From a virus: a stretch of DNA of 64,000 nucleotides. This document shows positions 18,776 to 28,288 of this stretch, in pieces. The notes beneath the pieces are model-generated. The model saw only the letters and a program-made list of their open reading frames with translations. It searched no databases and was not told the DNA's origin. Within the stretch, counting starts at the first letter, position 1. Each line of letters opens with the position of its first letter. The translations under genes and the position numbers were made by a program. Where the stretch lies: IMG/VR virus record IMGVR_UViG_3300025018_000102, positions 1 to 64,000 of that record; one strand, given 5' to 3'.

Positions 18776-19324
18776 ATGAAGGTGCTATTTCTAGACATTG
18801 ACGGTGTGCTCAACACGTCCGAGTGGCTCAAGGATCGGGTGAAGGGCACAGAGGATCGAGATGCCTACTACCTCTCCATGATCGACCCTGCCGCTGTTGG
18901 CCTCCTCAACCAGGTGCTAGAGAGAACTGGGTGCGAGGTTGTGCTTTCTAGCACTTGGCGCATCGCCCATGAGCGCCCTGCGATGCAAAGGCTGCTAGAG
19001 ATCAAGGGCTTCAATGGCGCAATCCTTGACTACACACCTCGCAAGGGCACGGAGGCCATTCCCATTCGACGTAAGCCTGGTGGGCCGTGGGTCAACGCCA
19101 AGTTCTCTGAGTATGTGGACCGTGGATATGAGATCCACGCATGGCTTGAGAAGCACCCTGAGGTGACCTCGTTCGCCATTTTGGACGATGAGTCCGACAT
19201 GGCCCACCTGAAGCACCGGCTAGTGCAAACCAGTTTCCAACACTGGGCCGAGTACCCAGAGGGGCCACTTGGGATGCACCAAGGCACTGTGGACGATCTC
19301 GTGGCCATGCTGAACGGAGAGTAG
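18776..19324 (+). CDS. HAD-family phosphatase (Swiss Army Knife RNA-repair type)
   Basis: LFLDIDGVLN, LSSTWR, RGYEIHAWL, FAILDDESDM. Confidence 0.85.
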   Translation: MKVLFLDIDGVLNTSEWLKDRVKGTEDRDAYYLSMIDPAAVGLLNQVLERTGCEVVLSSTWRIAHERPAMQRLLEIKGFNGAILDYTPRKGTEAIPIRRKPGGPWVNAKFSEYVDRGYEIHAWLEKHPEVTSFAILDDESDMAHLKHRLVQTSFQHWAEYPEGPLGMHQGTVDDLVAMLNGE

Positions 19325-19330
19325 CTCACT

Positions 19331-19597
19331 ATGCGTGTCATAAGCATTGAGCACATTGGAAGCAGGCGAGGCCGCAGTGAACTGGTGGTGACTGTCATGC
19401 AACAACCCACGTGGGTGTTGCGCCTATTTGGGGCCAAACCCAAGGTGAGTAAATGGAGGGGATCGTGCACTGTGTGGCACAGAGTACCCGATGCGAAAAG
19501 AGCCCCGACCTGGCTGGAACTGCGTTTGAGTGACGTGTGGACTAGGCAGCAATGGGATTACCCGGAGCAAGAAGATGCTAGTACACCCACTGATTGA
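19331..19597 (+). CDS. hypothetical protein
   Basis: 88-aa ORF; GGAG RBS. Confidence 0.6.
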   Translation: MRVISIEHIGSRRGRSELVVTVMQQPTWVLRLFGAKPKVSKWRGSCTVWHRVPDAKRAPTWLELRLSDVWTRQQWDYPEQEDASTPTD

Positions 19598-19946
19598 GAC
19601 GCTACTCAAAGCCGGGATCGACGTAGACATCTACTGGACTTCCTCTGATATCTCTATGTACAACCCGGACCACCTGAACACTGTGGGTTTCGTAGTCTCG
19701 GGATTTGGGAAGTCCGGCGCAGCTCACATTATGCCAGATCCAGCGGCGGAGCACGATGTGTTTAGGGCTCACACACGCTACGGAAGAGAAGACGTCATCC
19801 GTTCTCTTGACTGTCTAGTCCAGCTCCATTTTTCACTGGATCAACTATGCGGACGACTACTTGTGGGACCCACTTCTGGGCTCCCAGGGCAAATGGACCA
19901 TGGAAAAATGCTGACCAAAGACCAGGCCCGAGTGCATGGGCACTGA
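19575..19946 (+). CDS. hypothetical phage protein (GFGKSG motif; possible frameshift at T5 run near 19829)
   Basis: GFxKSG...RY motif; alternative frame gives HWINYADDYLWDP. Confidence 0.55.
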   Translation: MLVHPLIETLLKAGIDVDIYWTSSDISMYNPDHLNTVGFVVSGFGKSGAAHIMPDPAAEHDVFRAHTRYGREDVIRSLDCLVQLHFSLDQLCGRLLVGPTSGLPGQMDHGKMLTKDQARVHGH

Positions 19947-20009
19947 ACGTGCCCCTCGTTGCAGAGCCTAGGATCGGAATGACCTGGGCAGGTTTGAAAG
20001 GGAAAGTAG

Positions 20010-20375
20010 ATGTGTACAAGTAAGAAGAAGACTGTGAAACTCATTGATTTGATGCATGGAGAAAAGTTCACTTGGGCTGGAAGGACATGGACAAGTTTTG
20101 GACGGGCAAATGGTCAAAACATCATAAAGTGCTACACGGATGAGTGCTCAGACGGGTTTTTCTATCTCCCTAAGACGCTTGACGTAGAGGTCAAAGTCCC
20201 TAAGAAATGGGTGGAGGTCTACGTTAGGGACGTGGATCAGGGTGAGACGTTCCTGTTCAACGAGGCTGAGTGGGTACGATATGGCCACAACGATAAGTAC
20301 ATTCTCGCCGAAAGTGAGAACTCCGCCCAACTTATCGGGTTCCCTCTCGGAGCCCTAGTGAAGGTTTACCGATGA
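20010..20375 (+). CDS. hypothetical protein with two internal repeats
   Basis: Two ~55-aa beta-rich units. Confidence 0.7.
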   Translation: MCTSKKKTVKLIDLMHGEKFTWAGRTWTSFGRANGQNIIKCYTDECSDGFFYLPKTLDVEVKVPKKWVEVYVRDVDQGETFLFNEAEWVRYGHNDKYILAESENSAQLIGFPLGALVKVYR

Positions 20376-20749
20376 CTAAAGAGACTGTTATTTTAGAAAA
20401 TGTGCCTAATAGAGGTATCTTCGAATGGAATGGGGCTAAGTGGCGTACACTCTGGCTTGCTGACAAATATCCTTACCTGGTGAGATGTATACCTCATACA
20501 GGGCCTGTGGAGTATGTCTACTTCTACAGTAACATGGAGGTAGAGGTTGAGATCGACGTAGAACCTGAGTGGCAGGAAGTTCGGATGAAGGACTTGAATC
20601 TCTACGAAGAGTTCAGGATGAACGAGGGTATTTGGAAGGTGGTTGGCTGTGTTGGTAGTATACGTGTCCAAGCCGTCTCCATCCCTCGCTCTCCAATTGC
20701 CTACCCTATCTACGTGGATAGAAACGCATTGGTAGAGGTACTGCGATGA
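20372..20749 (+). CDS. hypothetical protein, probable paralog of preceding gene
   Basis: Two ~55-aa units with similar pattern; ATGA overlap. Confidence 0.7.
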   Translation: MTKETVILENVPNRGIFEWNGAKWRTLWLADKYPYLVRCIPHTGPVEYVYFYSNMEVEVEIDVEPEWQEVRMKDLNLYEEFRMNEGIWKVVGCVGSIRVQAVSIPRSPIAYPIYVDRNALVEVLR

Positions 20750-21283
20750 ACATCAAGGTACGGTTGACCATTGAGGCTACCATCCCAGAGAATTATGTGT
20801 CGCTTGTTCAAATGGATAGAGAGGTTATCCTCCTAAACCATGCCGACGAAGATGAAACCTTCGCTTGCCGGCTCCTGGCCCTGGAACTCTACGACGATGA
20901 TCCTGAAAGAGGTGCTTAGATGACTAAAAAGAGGGGGTACGCCAGTCGGAGGTTCAATGGTGGCTAGAGGAGGGGGGGGGATCCTACAGTCTCTGTCACC
21001 TTTGAAGAGGAGAGGTTCTTCTTCAGCGTAAGGGCTCCGCTTTCCCTGTACCACTTGCCCCGCCTACAAGCTCATAAGCGTCCAAGAAACGGGTTCTTAG
21101 GCCTCTTCTCGGGCTCGTTGGGCACAACTACCACCTCAAGTTCTCGAGGGGCTCTCCTGGGGGCCTGAGCGGGCTCCTGGGGCTTCCTGGGGGCCGTTCC
21201 TGACACCCCCACAAGCAGATCGTCTTCTCCAAGCAAATCGATTGTGATCATACAGATCTTTCTCCTTACCTAAGGATACCACA

Positions 21284-21820
21284 ATGGGCCCCAAAGAATC
21301 AGAAAACCAAAAAGCCATTGAACAGAGCCTTGACGAGTGTGACTACTTTGAACCCATGCCGGAGGGCCCCATGTGTGACAACTGCGCCCGTGGGGCCTGG
21401 GTGGAGGTGAAGGACTTCCAGATCCACTTGCTGCAGCGAGGAGACCGGCACTACTACAGCCCGGTAGTCACCAAGGAGGTGTGCCCAACGTGCGGGGAGT
21501 ACTCAGTGAGTGAGGACGAGGCCACAGCCTGGACACTTTACTGCGAACGGGACATTGCTGAGGATGAGGCACAACTCGTCAAGGACAGGGTAAACCACTT
21601 GATGGAGTACGAACTTCTCGAACTTGGAGAGATCGCTGGATTCCTAGGAACCCACAAGTACAGACTGAGGATTGCCATGAAGGGCATCAGACCGCTCTCA
21701 CTGGCCGAGGTCAGGCTCCTAGGGGCCTTGATTCAGTACCCCTCCCTAGGCCGCACTGAGGCCTTCAAGGACGGGGAAGAGAAGCTCCCCGAGCGGAACC
21801 TGCTGGACACCAAGTACTAG
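21284..21820 (+). CDS. MqsA/YgiT-like zinc-finger + HTH antitoxin-like protein
   Basis: CDNC...CPTCGE zinc ribbon followed by XRE-like HTH ending LL..L..YP.L. Confidence 0.65.
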   Translation: MGPKESENQKAIEQSLDECDYFEPMPEGPMCDNCARGAWVEVKDFQIHLLQRGDRHYYSPVVTKEVCPTCGEYSVSEDEATAWTLYCERDIAEDEAQLVKDRVNHLMEYELLELGEIAGFLGTHKYRLRIAMKGIRPLSLAEVRLLGALIQYPSLGRTEAFKDGEEKLPERNLLDTKY

Positions 21821-21859
21821 GGAGCCCGACCCGCTGTGTCGCGTTCATTTTTGTTGTCC

Positions 21860-22885
21860 TCATGCCGAAATCAGCCACGCAAGGTTCACGGGTCTTGCGT
21901 CCGTCGTTGTGTCCAGTGGTCCCGCTGCCATCGGACCGTCCACCGGCGCGAACCATTCGTCTCGGAACGGATGCTTCTCCGCTGATTCTGAGCGCGGAGA
22001 CGTGGGCCACGGATCGATCGCGCCTGACCCGAGCCGAGCCCCGAAGCCACCATTGGCCGGGTTTTCGTCTCGGTCACCGTGCTGTGCTTGCGCTGTCGCA
22101 AGGTAAGCATCGGCAAGCGCCTTGGACGCGAACACCCGCGCAGAGTCCCCGAGCGAGTCGAACGCGTTAGTCGCACATCCGTCCGTCGCCATCGCCGAAA
22201 GAAACAAGTCCCCGAGCGCTTGAGATCCGTCAGGTGTAGGGTGGACTCCATCGCTGAGCGGGATCCCGGTTTCTTCGATCGGATAGAATCGCGGAAACTC
22301 TCCCGCGATCGCGTCGATCGCATCGCGTACCGCGTTGATCTCGGATAGCGTTGTGTCCGCTTTGACCACGTCCGTTCCAGGCTTTCCCCAGAAGATCGGA
22401 ACGTCCCCAAACTCGCCCCGGTGATTCTGAACGAATCGCCGCAACTCAGTCTCGAATCCAGCGCTGAAAGACTCCGCGTCGTTGACGCCGAGTATTGCGC
22501 AAAGGCCACGATACTCGATCACATCACCGGGAAATGCCGATGCGATCTTGCTCCACAGTGAGGCAGCGAACTGGCTGTAGGTCCCTGTCGTGATGTAGGT
22601 CCGCCAGTTCGTTGAAAGGAGGGTTGATGAGAACGCGTGCTTGTGGATCCACGGAAGGGCATCGCCCGCGGCCTTGCGCCCATGTCCAACCGCATGCTCG
22701 ATCCCGATCTGGTTTGCGCCCATTGCCAGCGTGACGGGGGCCCCATCGTCGACGCCACCAATGATTCGTGTGGCCTGAACAGCTACATCGACCAGGTCGT
22801 ATCGAGTGTCGGTGAGCGAGGAGTACGCCCCTTGCCCAACCGCTTTCGAGTCGCCGATCAGGACGTATAGCTGGCGGGTAGCCAT
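21860..22885 (-). CDS. SGNH/sialate O-acetylesterase-like virion-associated protein
   Basis: LIGDSKAVGQG block I, ILGVND block III, DGVHP block V. Confidence 0.75.
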   Translation of the reverse strand: MATRQLYVLIGDSKAVGQGAYSSLTDTRYDLVDVAVQATRIIGGVDDGAPVTLAMGANQIGIEHAVGHGRKAAGDALPWIHKHAFSSTLLSTNWRTYITTGTYSQFAASLWSKIASAFPGDVIEYRGLCAILGVNDAESFSAGFETELRRFVQNHRGEFGDVPIFWGKPGTDVVKADTTLSEINAVRDAIDAIAGEFPRFYPIEETGIPLSDGVHPTPDGSQALGDLFLSAMATDGCATNAFDSLGDSARVFASKALADAYLATAQAQHGDRDENPANGGFGARLGSGAIDPWPTSPRSESAEKHPFRDEWFAPVDGPMAAGPLDTTTDARPVNLAWLISA

Positions 22886-23625
22886 TAGCTGCTCGCCCTG
22901 GCAATCAGGTCATCGCCGTAAGCGTGGAGGGCGGCCAGGTCGAATGCCGTCTCATCCTCGGCGGACCAGATGCCCCACTCAAGGATCGTTCCAGCCCACG
23001 GCACCGCGCCGTCCGTTCCACGCGCAGCCATTGCGATGATGCGCGATGCCGGCTCAAGAGAGTTTGTTCCCGCAGTCGAGGATTCCAAAACCTTGTTAAG
23101 GTAGAGCTTCGACGTTCCGAGGGTTGGCGCCATGACATAGGTCAACTGAATGACATCGTTCACCAAAACGGGTGTTGACGTAATCACATCCGTTGTCCCG
23201 GTCTCACCGCGGATAAGGCCGCCTGCCAAGGTAACAAGAAACGACCCGTCCATATCGATGATCCGATCATTGGCCGTGAGCGAATCGACCCGTAGGCAAA
23301 CCCAATGGATCAACGCGTTGACAGCCGAGTCCGGTCCGCCAAGAGACAAGTCGATCGCGCCAGTCGACCTAAGCCAGTCGGTTCCAGTGAACTGCGCGCC
23401 TTGAACGCTTCCAACGGTAACGATCGTCGGTCGCTCGCCAACGGTTGCCGCCTCCATACGCAAACCCGCGCTGCCCTCGTCATCCCACGAAGCAACGTCT
23501 CCGCTCGCGCCGGTGATCCCGTTCTCGCGAAAGTATACGGTGGGCGAAAGCGTAAGCGGATTAGGTACGGATGCCCCGCCACCACCCGCCGCGACACTAC
23601 CTGAACTGAAGAATAGTGGGTTCAT
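22885..23625 (-). CDS. LamG/concanavalin-A-like lectin domain protein
   Basis: VASWDD...RPT, KLYLNK, WAGTILEWGIW pattern. Confidence 0.7.
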   Translation of the reverse strand: MNPLFFSSGSVAAGGGGASVPNPLTLSPTVYFRENGITGASGDVASWDDEGSAGLRMEAATVGERPTIVTVGSVQGAQFTGTDWLRSTGAIDLSLGGPDSAVNALIHWVCLRVDSLTANDRIIDMDGSFLVTLAGGLIRGETGTTDVITSTPVLVNDVIQLTYVMAPTLGTSKLYLNKVLESSTAGTNSLEPASRIIAMAARGTDGAVPWAGTILEWGIWSAEDETAFDLAALHAYGDDLIARASS

Positions 23626-25844
23626 GTTAGATTTGTGCCTATAACGGCGGTTGCTGGGGTAACATTCAACTGAGTGGAGTATCCCAATGCCACATTGCCC
23701 GTCACTAGAGGACGTTCCGTGTTCGCACCAATGATGTTTATGCCAGTGCCAGTGCCCCCACCTTCAAGGATATTGCCTGTAATGGACATTCCATCAAAGT
23801 ATCTAGCCGCTGAAACTGATGTGAAGTTAATTCCATTGCCAGCAATGTTCTTGATAATACAGTTTTGAACTGCCACAGAGGTGACAATTGCATCACCAAA
23901 CCAGGCATTTCTCACACCGTCGCCTGCTGACACGTTCAGTTCACAGCCTTGAATCGCAAACCCATCTACATTACCATTGCCCGCTTCAATATTGATGCCG
24001 GCAAAGTGAGAGCGGAACACCCTACAGTGAGTCACTTGAGCACTTCCGGATTCTCCTAAGGAGATTCCTGTGTCTACTCGGTCTGCTGAGGTGATGCCAA
24101 AGTCTGTGCTCATGATCTTGCATCCTGTGCCCGTGACAAGTACAGCGATAGCTGGATTACCTCCACCAAGTGCCACGCTACTGTAAGTGTTGATAGCACA
24201 ATCTTGGATTACACACTGTGCTTGACTCATTCTAACAAGAGACCAGAACCCTGGGTAGTATCCTGCTGAGGTAACATCACCAGCCTGTACATTCGCGCGG
24301 CAGCGAAGCATGCGTGACCCAGACTCCATCTCAATGAAGCGAGTGCCAGTAAGCGTGCCCGTAGCCTGGAACGGGTGAGTGAGAGAAAGATCTCTCATGG
24401 TGGACTCACCCGACATCGTGACACCTCTCATGGCTCCAGACTGCGGAAGAAATAACTGGGTTCCGAATCCCTCTCCTGCCAAGGTAACCCCGTAAGGGAT
24501 TGTGAGTGAAGAGACCTGATACAGTCCGCGGCGCAGCAAGACGGTTGGGGCGTATGTCTCAAGAGCTGCTGCTGCAAGAGCTGCTGCAAGTTGTACTCCG
24601 TTACCATTGTCTAGGTAATCACATTCTGCAAGGGTGTCTCCTTGTGCAGAGTTTCCTACGACGATAACGTAACCGCGATCACCTCCGCCGCCACCACCTC
24701 CAAATGCGGAAAAGTCCACCTTCTTTAGGTTTCCGGAGTCGGCTGTATCTTCTAGGAGAACAAAGTCTCCAGAAGCAGGGCTTCCTTTGGCCGTGAGTGC
24801 TGTTACCTGCCCGGTGCCTGTAAGCATGAGGGCACCTGCTGCAGCAACGTTAGCAGCATCCGTGACATCGGCGAGGGCCTCAATGCCATCGAGCTTGGAA
24901 CCGTCCGCGGAGACGTCCCGGCCGTCTACGGTCTGGGCGCCTGCCATCGTGATGTTTCCTGACATCTCGCCACCGGAGCGCATGAGTGCACCCGCAGCAG
25001 CAACGTTGGTCGCATCAGTCACATCTGCCAAAGCTTCGACTCCGTCGAGCTTGGCCTTGTCCGATCCAGTCATGAACCCGGAAGCCCCTGACGCAATGGC
25101 AGCTGCATGCTGAGTGCCACCACCGCGAACACCGTGCATGGCATCCGTAGTAAGCACACCTACCGAGATCGAATCCGCAGCCACAGTGATACTGCCGTTT
25201 GCCGCCGCAACATTGAGCGTTCGGCTGGCAGCAAGGGTACCACCTCCGGTAAGTCCCGCGCCGGCAAGCACCGATGTGGCGGTATTTGCCTTGGCTGTGA
25301 GTTTGGTGTCCGTGTCTGTACGGACCTCTTGGATGGCTGTCTGGACGTTTGTGGCGGCAATGTCGCCATTAGGTGTGAACGGTACGTCAGCTGCAACCTG
25401 ATCGGCTGTGGCTCCAGCCTCAATTCCATCAAGCTTGGCGCCATCTACAGAGACGTCTCGTCCATCTACCGTACTAGAAGTAGTGATCGCGTTAGCTCCC
25501 ATGGCCAAGGTGCCAGCCATGGCACGAGTACCATCGACGAGGAGATATTGTGTATGGTCGTCATCCCCTAGGCCTGTTAGAGCCCCATGGTCTGTGGCGC
25601 CTTCTACACCGTTGATAAGTTCCCATACAGGCCCTGTATGGTTCGTAAGGACATAGAAATCATAGGGCGCAGCTGCCCCCACACGGGCGATACGCCCAAC
25701 ATCTGTAGCGCTAAATGTGACCGCGCCCTTTTGAGAGTCTGATCCGGAATCCCTGTTACCTGTAGAAGTGAACGTGTAGTAGTGAACTACGTGAGGTCCA
25801 GCATCTACATCAGCTGTAGGGACTATGTCTTTGTGAAATCCCAT
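23622..25844 (-). CDS. tail fibre/spike with C-terminal parallel beta-helix (pectate-lyase-like)
   Basis: DHGALTGLGDDDHTQY, repeated DGRDVS.DG.KLDGIEA, GFMTGSDKAKLDG, poly-Gly hinge, beta-helix repeats. Confidence 0.85.
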   Translation of the reverse strand: MGFHKDIVPTADVDAGPHVVHYYTFTSTGNRDSGSDSQKGAVTFSATDVGRIARVGAAAPYDFYVLTNHTGPVWELINGVEGATDHGALTGLGDDDHTQYLLVDGTRAMAGTLAMGANAITTSSTVDGRDVSVDGAKLDGIEAGATADQVAADVPFTPNGDIAATNVQTAIQEVRTDTDTKLTAKANTATSVLAGAGLTGGGTLAASRTLNVAAANGSITVAADSISVGVLTTDAMHGVRGGGTQHAAAIASGASGFMTGSDKAKLDGVEALADVTDATNVAAAGALMRSGGEMSGNITMAGAQTVDGRDVSADGSKLDGIEALADVTDAANVAAAGALMLTGTGQVTALTAKGSPASGDFVLLEDTADSGNLKKVDFSAFGGGGGGGDRGYVIVVGNSAQGDTLAECDYLDNGNGVQLAAALAAAALETYAPTVLLRRGLYQVSSLTIPYGVTLAGEGFGTQLFLPQSGAMRGVTMSGESTMRDLSLTHPFQATGTLTGTRFIEMESGSRMLRCRANVQAGDVTSAGYYPGFWSLVRMSQAQCVIQDCAINTYSSVALGGGNPAIAVLVTGTGCKIMSTDFGITSADRVDTGISLGESGSAQVTHCRVFRSHFAGINIEAGNGNVDGFAIQGCELNVSAGDGVRNAWFGDAIVTSVAVQNCIIKNIAGNGINFTSVSAARYFDGMSITGNILEGGGTGTGINIIGANTERPLVTGNVALGYSTQLNVTPATAVIGTNLT

Positions 25845-25988
25845 TTAGCAGATGCTCGAGTCTACAACGTTCGACCCACTATCAGTGACATCCTCCCCGA
25901 GGTCGGTCACTTGGCACGGGACAAAAACAGCACGCACGAATGCGGCCGCAATCATTCCAGACGTGCGAAAAAACATGGACGACATAGG

Positions 25989-26348
25989 CTACACCAAGGC
26001 TCCGTCGATGCTCACCATCGTAGGGCTCATAGCGCCCACAACAGCCGCTCCGCCTTCAAGCAGGGTAGGGTTCACATCGCCCCCAGTGGACTCAATAGTG
26101 ACCCCAGCTCCCTTGGCGATCGTAACCACACCAGCCCCAGTGGCCCGGCGAACCCTGACGGTTGAAGTAAATCCTGCTGGAACAGTCACAGTGCAGCCGG
26201 CTACGTTTGTGCAGTAGATCTCCGACCCGTGGTCAAGATCTGTGAGGGTGCGGGTTGTGCCCGATTCTGTCTGAACGAGGGGCGTATCCCGCTCTTCTAG
26301 GACAGATAGGCGGCCCTCAAGGGCCCTTGCGTTGTCGATGATGGCCAT
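25989..26348 (-). CDS. tail-fibre-associated structural protein
   Basis: TRTLT..D.G...CTVTVP...GAGVVTIA.GAGVT motif; AGGAGG RBS. Confidence 0.7.
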   Translation of the reverse strand: MAIIDNARALEGRLSVLEERDTPLVQTESGTTRTLTDLDHGSEIYCTNVAGCTVTVPAGFTSTVRVRRATGAGVVTIAKGAGVTIESTGGDVNPTLLEGGAAVVGAMSPTMVSIDGALV

Positions 26349-26379
26349 GAGTACAGATTCCTCCTAAGGATGTGTACTC

Positions 26380-26409
26380 ATTCTATCATGATATGAACCT
26401 AACTATCAA
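26380..26409 (-). promoter_or_regulatory. promoter for tail-fibre cassette overlapping an RBS-sequestering hairpin
   Basis: TTGATA-18 bp-TAGAAT with TGn; 9-bp inverted repeat 26347-26355/26373-26381. Confidence 0.55.
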
Positions 26410-26418
26410 CACATGCCA

Positions 26419-26919
26419 CTATCTGCTCATGAAGATACCATTACTGGAGAACGCCGATTGGAAGTTCTTAGGATCCTCTCCAAAGTAGGTTACCAAACTA
26501 GGGAAGGGGGCCGATTGCTGCTTGCCGGGATTTTCAGGGTCGATGAACTTCAGTCGGCCCTTCCAAAAGAGGGCCTCAGTGCACGCATTGAGCAACTGCT
26601 GGCACCACTTGGTGTCAGTTCTGGCCGGGGTTAGCGCCACTATTGGCACTAACAGTTTTGCTTCATGGACAATCTTGTCGCTCCAGGCCATCAACTTACG
26701 CCCATACGGAGGGTTCACATAGGTCTGGCCTCCGTAGCCTCCCCATGGGAGTAGGAGGCCGTTGTCTTCTGGGAAGCAGAAGTTCTTCATGGCTCCTACG
26801 GTGCTTTGGGGGTTGGAGCACGGGTCTAGGCCAATGAGGCCCATTTTCCGTAGGGGAACTAGGAACTCCTCAGGAGTACACCAGTGCTCTGTCTTGCTTG
26901 TGAATAGCGCGTCTTGCAT
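26419..26919 (-). CDS. dam: phage DNA N6-adenine methyltransferase
   Basis: WCTP, LDPCS, YVNPPY, PARTDTKW, GRLKF, APFPS. Confidence 0.9.
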   Translation of the reverse strand: MQDALFTSKTEHWCTPEEFLVPLRKMGLIGLDPCSNPQSTVGAMKNFCFPEDNGLLLPWGGYGGQTYVNPPYGRKLMAWSDKIVHEAKLLVPIVALTPARTDTKWCQQLLNACTEALFWKGRLKFIDPENPGKQQSAPFPSLVTYFGEDPKNFQSAFSSNGIFMSR

Positions 26920-26925
26920 TCATTC

Positions 26926-26954
26926 TTTATAGGTTCCTAGGCGGGAGGTGTCAA
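26926..26954 (-). promoter_or_regulatory. sigma70-like promoter (leaderless candidate)
   Basis: TTGACA-17 bp-TATAAA; ATG 6 nt downstream, no SD. Confidence 0.6.
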
Positions 26955-27184
26955 CCCTTCGGAGTCAGTTCGTGTTCGTCGACTCCGAAGAACCAAGGTC
27001 CCTCAGCATCCTCCTCGGCCCACATGTCCTCTCGGCATTGGAGACATGTGCACAGAGGGCCACAGAGCTTGCGGTCCGGATCATTCGCTTGTAGTTCTTC
27101 CTGCTGTCTTTGATGCCTCACAAGGGCCTCCTTCCGGCCTTTGGCCTGTTGTCATGGCGCTATTCCACGCGAGATGGCACTCAC

Positions 27185-27745
27185 TTACATGGGACGCCAG
27201 CCGATTTGATCAAACATCGTTTTCAAGTTCACGGCGGCTGCCACCGAATCGCTCACAGGGCAGTGAGGGACAGTTGGAAGCACCTCGGTGTACTTGGTTC
27301 CACTCAGGGCCATCAGATGCTCAATGGTCGAGATGCACCCTGTCTGCTTGTAGGTCCAAGGGAGCACAGGATTCTCTTCGTTGCTTGGATCCTCAGCGTA
27401 GTCCTTGAGAACGCCTAGGTCGAACCAGTCGGGCCCTGCCCACACCATGATCTCCTCAGGATCATCTGCGTAGGTGTTGATCCAGTCCTTCAGGGTGGTG
27501 AGAGGTTTTGAGCCATGAGGCTTGCCGAAGGACATGGCCCTAGCTTCCTTGGACTGGCCCTCCCACCACATCATGGTGTCGTTGCAAACGCGGCGGCCCT
27601 CTTGGCCCTCCCACCTCACTATGTAGTGGAAGAGGGGAGCTTTGGCGATGTTGAAATCTGAGTCCAGCATCACGGCGCCCACTGAGAGCAGGTGAGCCCT
27701 CTGACACAACGAGTAGGTTTCGATGTCAATGGAGATGTGGTTCAT
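27185..27745 (-). CDS. DEDDh 3'-5' exo(ribo)nuclease, Rv2179c-like
   Basis: ISIDIET, LLSVGAV, WAGPDWFDLGVL, H.PVSD. Confidence 0.8.
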   Translation of the reverse strand: MNHISIDIETYSLCQRAHLLSVGAVMLDSDFNIAKAPLFHYIVRWEGQEGRRVCNDTMMWWEGQSKEARAMSFGKPHGSKPLTTLKDWINTYADDPEEIMVWAGPDWFDLGVLKDYAEDPSNEENPVLPWTYKQTGCISTIEHLMALSGTKYTEVLPTVPHCPVSDSVAAAVNLKTMFDQIGWRPM

Positions 27746-28029
27746 AGGTTGTCCATGCTGAAGGGCCACCAGCCCCATGTGGCCGCGAACTGGAAGTAGA
27801 TCCCAGTGACAATCAAGATGATCGAGAGAACAAGTGTGATGATCCCAGCGATCTTGTTGACTCGGCCCGAGGTCTTGAACTTGGGTTCAGGCCCTAGGCC
27901 TTTGTATTCTGGCTCAGGGGCGCTCAATGGGTCCTCACTGTGCGGGCAACTAGAATCAATAGGTACTTCATTTATAGGTATTTCTGAAAATTGGACTGTT
28001 CTTGGATCGATGGTACTTGAACTTGCCAT
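27742..28029 (-). CDS. membrane protein
   Basis: C-terminal TM helix. Confidence 0.55.
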   Translation of the reverse strand: MASSSTIDPRTVQFSEIPINEVPIDSSCPHSEDPLSAPEPEYKGLGPEPKFKTSGRVNKIAGIITLVLSIILIVTGIYFQFAATWGWWPFSMDNL

Positions 28030-28288
28030 CGTAGTACCACCAACTTATCCACTGCACAACTAGGCCGATAACAGTTGCAAGCACAATGCCCCAGGACACG
28101 AATAACTTGGGGTGCATTGGTGATCCAATGTGAGTGAGTGCGTAGTACCACATATAGCCAACGACAATCAGCATTAGAGCGAAGGTGATGTAGGTGAGCC
28201 TCAACGACAAGCGGAGGGTGTTGGCCCACAAGGCTTCCCAATCAATGGTCCTCTTCGGCTTTGGGGGCTTCATGTTTTCTCTATACAT
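27968..28288 (-). CDS. membrane protein
   Basis: Two TM helices. Confidence 0.6.
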   Translation of the reverse strand: MYRENMKPPKPKRTIDWEALWANTLRLSLRLTYITFALMLIVVGYMWYYALTHIGSPMHPKLFVSWGIVLATVIGLVVQWISWWYYDGKFKYHRSKNSPIFRNTYK

